Shown here one piece after another: positions 60,321-64,000 of a stretch of 64,000 nucleotides of DNA (positions are counted from its first letter, which is position 1; each line of letters starts with the position of its first letter). The position numbers were made by a program, and so were the translations under genes. The notes below the pieces were generated by a model. The model made no database searches, was not told the origin of the DNA, and saw nothing but the letters and a program-made list of their open reading frames with translations. The DNA lies in NCBI RefSeq assembly GCF_041562805.1, contig NZ_JBFFOH010000001.1, positions 8,781 through 72,780 of the forward strand, written 5' to 3'. The DNA is from Sulfurovum sp. (GTDB taxonomy: Bacteria > Campylobacterota > Campylobacteria > Campylobacterales > Sulfurovaceae).

Positions 60321-61208
60321 ATGAGCCAATTACATTATGCATTATTTACAGGATGTACTGCAAAGCAGTCTACACCTGAGTTACTTTCATCTACACTTGC
60401 AGTAGCTGATAAATTAGGTATTAAAATTACTATACTTGAAGAAGCGAGTTGTTGTGGTGCAAGTCACCTACAAGACTTTGACGAGTTTTTAGCACACGTA
60501 CTGAATGCTAGAAATATATGTTACGCAGAAAAACTGGGCCTTACGATGATCACTATCTGTAATACTTGCCAGCTTAACTCTGCTATGACAAAACATGCGC
60601 TTGACACAGATCCGGAACTAAAAGCAAGAGTCAACGAAAAACTTGCAGAAGTAGGACTTGAGTATAAAGGTACATCAGAGATCAAACACTTCCTCTATGC
60701 TATCATAGACGAGTATGGGTTAGAGAATGTTAAAGAGAAAGTTACAACACCACTTAGCCACTTAAATATCGCACCATTCTATGGTTGTCATAACATCAGA
60801 CCATCTGAATTACATGAAGATGCTAACGGTCATGAAAACCCATACAAACCTACTTCATTAGATAACCTTATTTCTGCTCTTGAGGGTAACCCTGTAAATT
60901 ATGAGAGTAAAAACAAATGTTGTGGTTTCCACGTAGAGCTTCAAGCCAATCATACCTCTGAAGTACTGGCAGGAAATGCTCTATTGGATGCGGTGGATAA
61001 CAATGCAGACCTTATGGTAACTCCATGTCCACTCTGTCACCTTAAAATGGATACTTACCAGGACAGTATCGGTAAAGTCATGGGTCGTGATGTTGAACTC
61101 CCAGTTTTACATATGCCACAAATGGTTGCGCTAGCTCTTGGATGTACAGAAAAAGAAATAGGTCTAAATTTCCACGTTCAAAAAGCAAAACATCTTTATA
61201 CTGCATAA
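60321..61208 (+). CDS. sdhE: CCG-domain (HdrB-like) subunit of a type-E succinate:quinone oxidoreductase
   Basis: FTGC, SCCG, ICNTC, FYGC, KCCG, PCPLC. Confidence 0.88.
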   Translation: MSQLHYALFTGCTAKQSTPELLSSTLAVADKLGIKITILEEASCCGASHLQDFDEFLAHVLNARNICYAEKLGLTMITICNTCQLNSAMTKHALDTDPELKARVNEKLAEVGLEYKGTSEIKHFLYAIIDEYGLENVKEKVTTPLSHLNIAPFYGCHNIRPSELHEDANGHENPYKPTSLDNLISALEGNPVNYESKNKCCGFHVELQANHTSEVLAGNALLDAVDNNADLMVTPCPLCHLKMDTYQDSIGKVMGRDVELPVLHMPQMVALALGCTEKEIGLNFHVQKAKHLYTA

Positions 61209-61220
61209 TACTCTACTACA

Positions 61221-61255
61221 TATATCGTTCCAAACATGATTTCTGGAACGATATA
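61221..61255 (+). terminator. Hairpin after the sdh operon
   Basis: TATATCGTTCCA-N11-TGGAACGATATA, a 12-bp inverted repeat. Confidence 0.6.
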
Positions 61256-61377
61256 CACACTTTTCTAACTCATATAATTTTTAAAATTACGCTTATCAAG
61301 TTATACAAAACATGTTATAATTAATGTGTTTAGGGTAAAGATGAATCTATCTGAATATAGAAGAATATATCTTTATT

Positions 61378-61408
61378 TTTAACACAAATTTAACACTTAA
61401 GTTATAAT
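61378..61408 (+). promoter_or_regulatory. Direct repeat plus -10 box upstream of the NosL-like operon
   Basis: TTTAACAC twice with an 11-bp period, followed by TATAAT at 61403. Confidence 0.4.
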
Positions 61409-61438
61409 ATAAACATATTAAATGAATAGGATGGAATT

Positions 61439-62155
61439 ATGAAGAAAATGGTATTGCTGCTAGCAGCGTTAGTGATGTTAAGTTCGAATGGTTTTTCTGA
61501 GGAAATAAAGCATGAAATGAAAGCGCATACAGGTAAAAAAATGCCTATACGTTTTCAAGCAGTCTCTCCAGATAAGGCTGTGATCCTTCAGGAAGGTGTA
61601 AATAAAATGTACTGTCCTAAATGCGGAATGACACTTCCAATGTTCTATAAGACGAATCATGCAGCACATGTACATGGTAAGACAGAGCAGTACTGCTCTA
61701 TCCACTGTTTGGCTGAAACTATGGCAGATGGTGCAGAAGTCACTGGTGTTAAAGTAGTTGATAATACAACTTTAGAATTTATAGATGTCATAAGATCATG
61801 GTATGTTATGGGTAGTGATAAACCTGGTACTATGAGTAAGACAAGTAAATATGCTTTTGCTAAAAAATCCGATGCTGCAAAATTTGCAAAAGAAAATGGT
61901 GGAAAAGTGATGACATATTATGCTGTTTTAGATGCTGTAAAAAGTACATTTGTACAAGAGAGAGCTATGATAGAGAAAAAACAGGCAATGATGGCTAAAA
62001 AAGGTGAAATGATGTATACAAATATGTGTACACCCGTGGATGCCAACTTTACCAGTGTTGCTGATGCAAAATCACATTTAACAACAGAGAAACCTTGTGG
62101 TGACCTCAATGGTATGCAGCTTCAAGCCATTGGTCTTTACTTAAAGTCACGTTAG
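61439..62155 (+). CDS. NosL-family periplasmic metal-binding protein
   Basis: Signal peptide, CPKCGM, YCSIHCL, YV.GS...GTM, AF....A..F....GG. Confidence 0.85.
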   Translation: MKKMVLLLAALVMLSSNGFSEEIKHEMKAHTGKKMPIRFQAVSPDKAVILQEGVNKMYCPKCGMTLPMFYKTNHAAHVHGKTEQYCSIHCLAETMADGAEVTGVKVVDNTTLEFIDVIRSWYVMGSDKPGTMSKTSKYAFAKKSDAAKFAKENGGKVMTYYAVLDAVKSTFVQERAMIEKKQAMMAKKGEMMYTNMCTPVDANFTSVADAKSHLTTEKPCGDLNGMQLQAIGLYLKSR

Positions 62156-62156
62156 T

Positions 62157-62846
62157 ATGTTACGGTTTTTTCTGCCTCTCTTTTTACTCTTAGGTTTACT
62201 TTCTGCGGAAGGGGTCTCCCCTTCCAAGTATGCCAAGCTTGTCCAAAAAGGTGAAAAGGTAGCGTTAAAACTGTGTGATGAAGAGAAACTCTCACAAATT
62301 AACAGTAAAAAACTCCAGGATATCTTACGAGAGATAGAAAACATACAACCATGTATGACACTCAATAAGCGAAATAAAGAAGCCTTAGTCTATTTTATCC
62401 TGGCAGGTCAGTCAGAAAGTTTGACAAATGTTAAAGAACAAATGCCAGTACCTAAAGAGGTCAAATGTCCTGTATGTGGTATGTTTGTGGCGAAATACCC
62501 TAAATGGGCTGCACGTATAGACATAGAGGGTAAACACTATTTTGACGGTGTGAAAGATATGATGAAGTTTTATATCTTCGATGTAGACTTCCCCTATGAT
62601 AGAAATAAGATAAGCAGCATTGAGGTTACTGACTTTTATACACTAAAAGCTATAGACGCGTATAAAGCCTTTTATGTTGTTGGTTCAGATGTCTATGGTC
62701 CTATGGGTAATGAACTTATCCCTTTCCTTACCCATGAAGCGGCACAAAACTTTATGACTGACCACAGAGGTGAAAAGATCATCCGTTTTGATGATATTAC
62801 TCCCAAGCTTGTTATGGGGCTTGATGGGCTAGAATATACCGAATAA
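62157..62846 (+). CDS. NosL-family periplasmic protein
   Basis: CPVCGMFV, YFDGVKD, YV.GSDV.GPMG.ELIPF, F..DH.G. Confidence 0.88.
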   Translation: MLRFFLPLFLLLGLLSAEGVSPSKYAKLVQKGEKVALKLCDEEKLSQINSKKLQDILREIENIQPCMTLNKRNKEALVYFILAGQSESLTNVKEQMPVPKEVKCPVCGMFVAKYPKWAARIDIEGKHYFDGVKDMMKFYIFDVDFPYDRNKISSIEVTDFYTLKAIDAYKAFYVVGSDVYGPMGNELIPFLTHEAAQNFMTDHRGEKIIRFDDITPKLVMGLDGLEYTE

Positions 62847-62862
62847 TGAATAGGAAATACGC

Positions 62863-63096
62863 TTGATAAAACCTTTTGCAGCTTTTGCCCTTTTATTGGT
62901 TATCATGCTATTTTCTATGGGTTTACATTATATACTTTTCCCATATACCAAAAGTACACAAACTATGTATCATATGACGGCACTTACACATATGGCACCT
63001 CTCTCTTTGAGTGTAGGATATGATGAATCAGCCTATAATAGTACCTATCCCGATATGTCAGCATTAGGCAGAATGGATTTTATCTATGAACGCTAA
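62863..63096 (+). CDS. Small hypothetical membrane protein
   Basis: TTG start after AGGA, 1 TM helix, overlaps the next gene. Confidence 0.6.
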   Translation: MIKPFAAFALLLVIMLFSMGLHYILFPYTKSTQTMYHMTALTHMAPLSLSVGYDESAYNSTYPDMSALGRMDFIYER

Positions 63097-64000
63097 TGCT
63101 TTTTGGCACTTTCTTACCCTTCAGATTTTTAAAGAACGCAGCAAACACTTGAGTGTGATAGTTATATCCATATTGATACTTTTTTTACTTTCATCAGTAC
63201 TCTTTCTTTCTTCTTCTATACGTTATTCTTTAGAAGAGTCTTTAAAGGCACAACCTGATTTTGTAGTCACTCGCGTTCAAGGAGGGAAATCTATTCCTAC
63301 GCCTATAGTATGGGAAGATGAACTTCTTGATATCTATGGTGTCAGTAAGTTAACCCCTAGAGTCTATGGACGATACTTCTTTGAAGCAAAAGAGAAATCC
63401 TTCCTTGTGGTAGGTGTCGATTTTATCGAAGAGCAAAGTCATAAAACACTTCAAAAACTCATTGATAAAACAGATATAAAATCTTTCTTTAATGGTAATC
63501 AAATGTTAGTAGGTGAAGGTGTTAAGCGTTATCTTGCTGCACGTTTTTACAAGGATGGCTATAATTTCCTAACACCTAAGGGTACATTTGAAAAAGTAAA
63601 TATTTTTAAGACCCTCCCCTCACAAGCCAATCTCATAAACAATGACATGATGGTCATGCCTATAGATCTGGCACGTAAGATACTGGGATATAGTGAAGAT
63701 GAAGTCACTGACATTACGTTCTCTGTGCCTAATCCGGATGAATGGAACATGATGACAGACAAAGTCTCAGCTTTATATTATGACCTTCATGTAGTAAACA
63801 AAAATGATGTACAAAAATCCTATGAGAATCTTTATAACTATAAAGGTGGTCTATTCCTCATACTCTATTTAGTGCTGCTTGGTACTTTCGCTTTAATACT
63901 CTATCAGCGTTACAGTATGGTCTATTCTTCAGAACGACGGCATATAGGATTACTCCGTGCGTTGGGTTGGAGTATTAACGATGTATTGAAATTTAAATTT
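63086..64000 (+). CDS. ABC transporter permease (FtsX/LolE type), 3'-partial
   Basis: ATG at 63086, frame open to the window end: MNANAFWHFL..PRVYGRY..ERRHIGLLRALGW. It is missing from the ORF track because there is no stop inside the window. Confidence 0.88.
   Translation, partial: MNANAFWHFLTLQIFKERSKHLSVIVISILILFLLSSVLFLSSSIRYSLEESLKAQPDFVVTRVQGGKSIPTPIVWEDELLDIYGVSKLTPRVYGRYFFEAKEKSFLVVGVDFIEEQSHKTLQKLIDKTDIKSFFNGNQMLVGEGVKRYLAARFYKDGYNFLTPKGTFEKVNIFKTLPSQANLINNDMMVMPIDLARKILGYSEDEVTDITFSVPNPDEWNMMTDKVSALYYDLHVVNKNDVQKSYENLYNYKGGLFLILYLVLLGTFALILYQRYSMVYSSERRHIGLLRALGWSINDVLKFKF

Overview
This is an AT-rich (roughly 35% GC by eye) chromosomal window from a Campylobacterota bacterium, most consistent with Sulfurovum or a close relative. 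The evidence is the aroB-mscS-mtaB-ftsH2-bioV block, the COG3400/tgt divergent pair, a type-E sdhABE operon, periplasmic rhodaneses and AAGGA Shine-Dalgarno (SD) sites. It holds about 60 CDSs: housekeeping genes (nrdB, mog, cobB, tgt, aroB, mtaB, truD, thiL), a FUSC/OMF/HlyD efflux operon, SulP, an alpha-carbonic anhydrase, three tandem rhodaneses, two signalling modules, sdhABE and a NosL-like/ABC operon. Two decayed pseudogenes (multiheme cytochrome-TPR and BatD) lie near the start. I found no rRNA, tRNA, CRISPR array or IS element. The best candidate for an undescribed system is the minus-strand operon at about 23.9-30.2 kb. It is built around a NorB/heme-copper-oxidase-fold protein that keeps the three heme ligands but lacks the His-His non-heme metal ligands. 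The operon also encodes a MacB/HrtAB-type ABC transporter, YceI, a Cys-less thioredoxin-like protein and an MBL hydrolase. It sits behind a Pho-box-like direct repeat, next to a porin/PBP/histidine kinase/OmpR module. The second hotspot is 48.1-50.0 kb, which contains a perfect 35-bp palindrome, three unannotated 26-41 aa ORFs and a roughly 100-nt structured sRNA candidate with two anti-SD motifs. All family assignments come from motif recognition by eye; no database searches were run.
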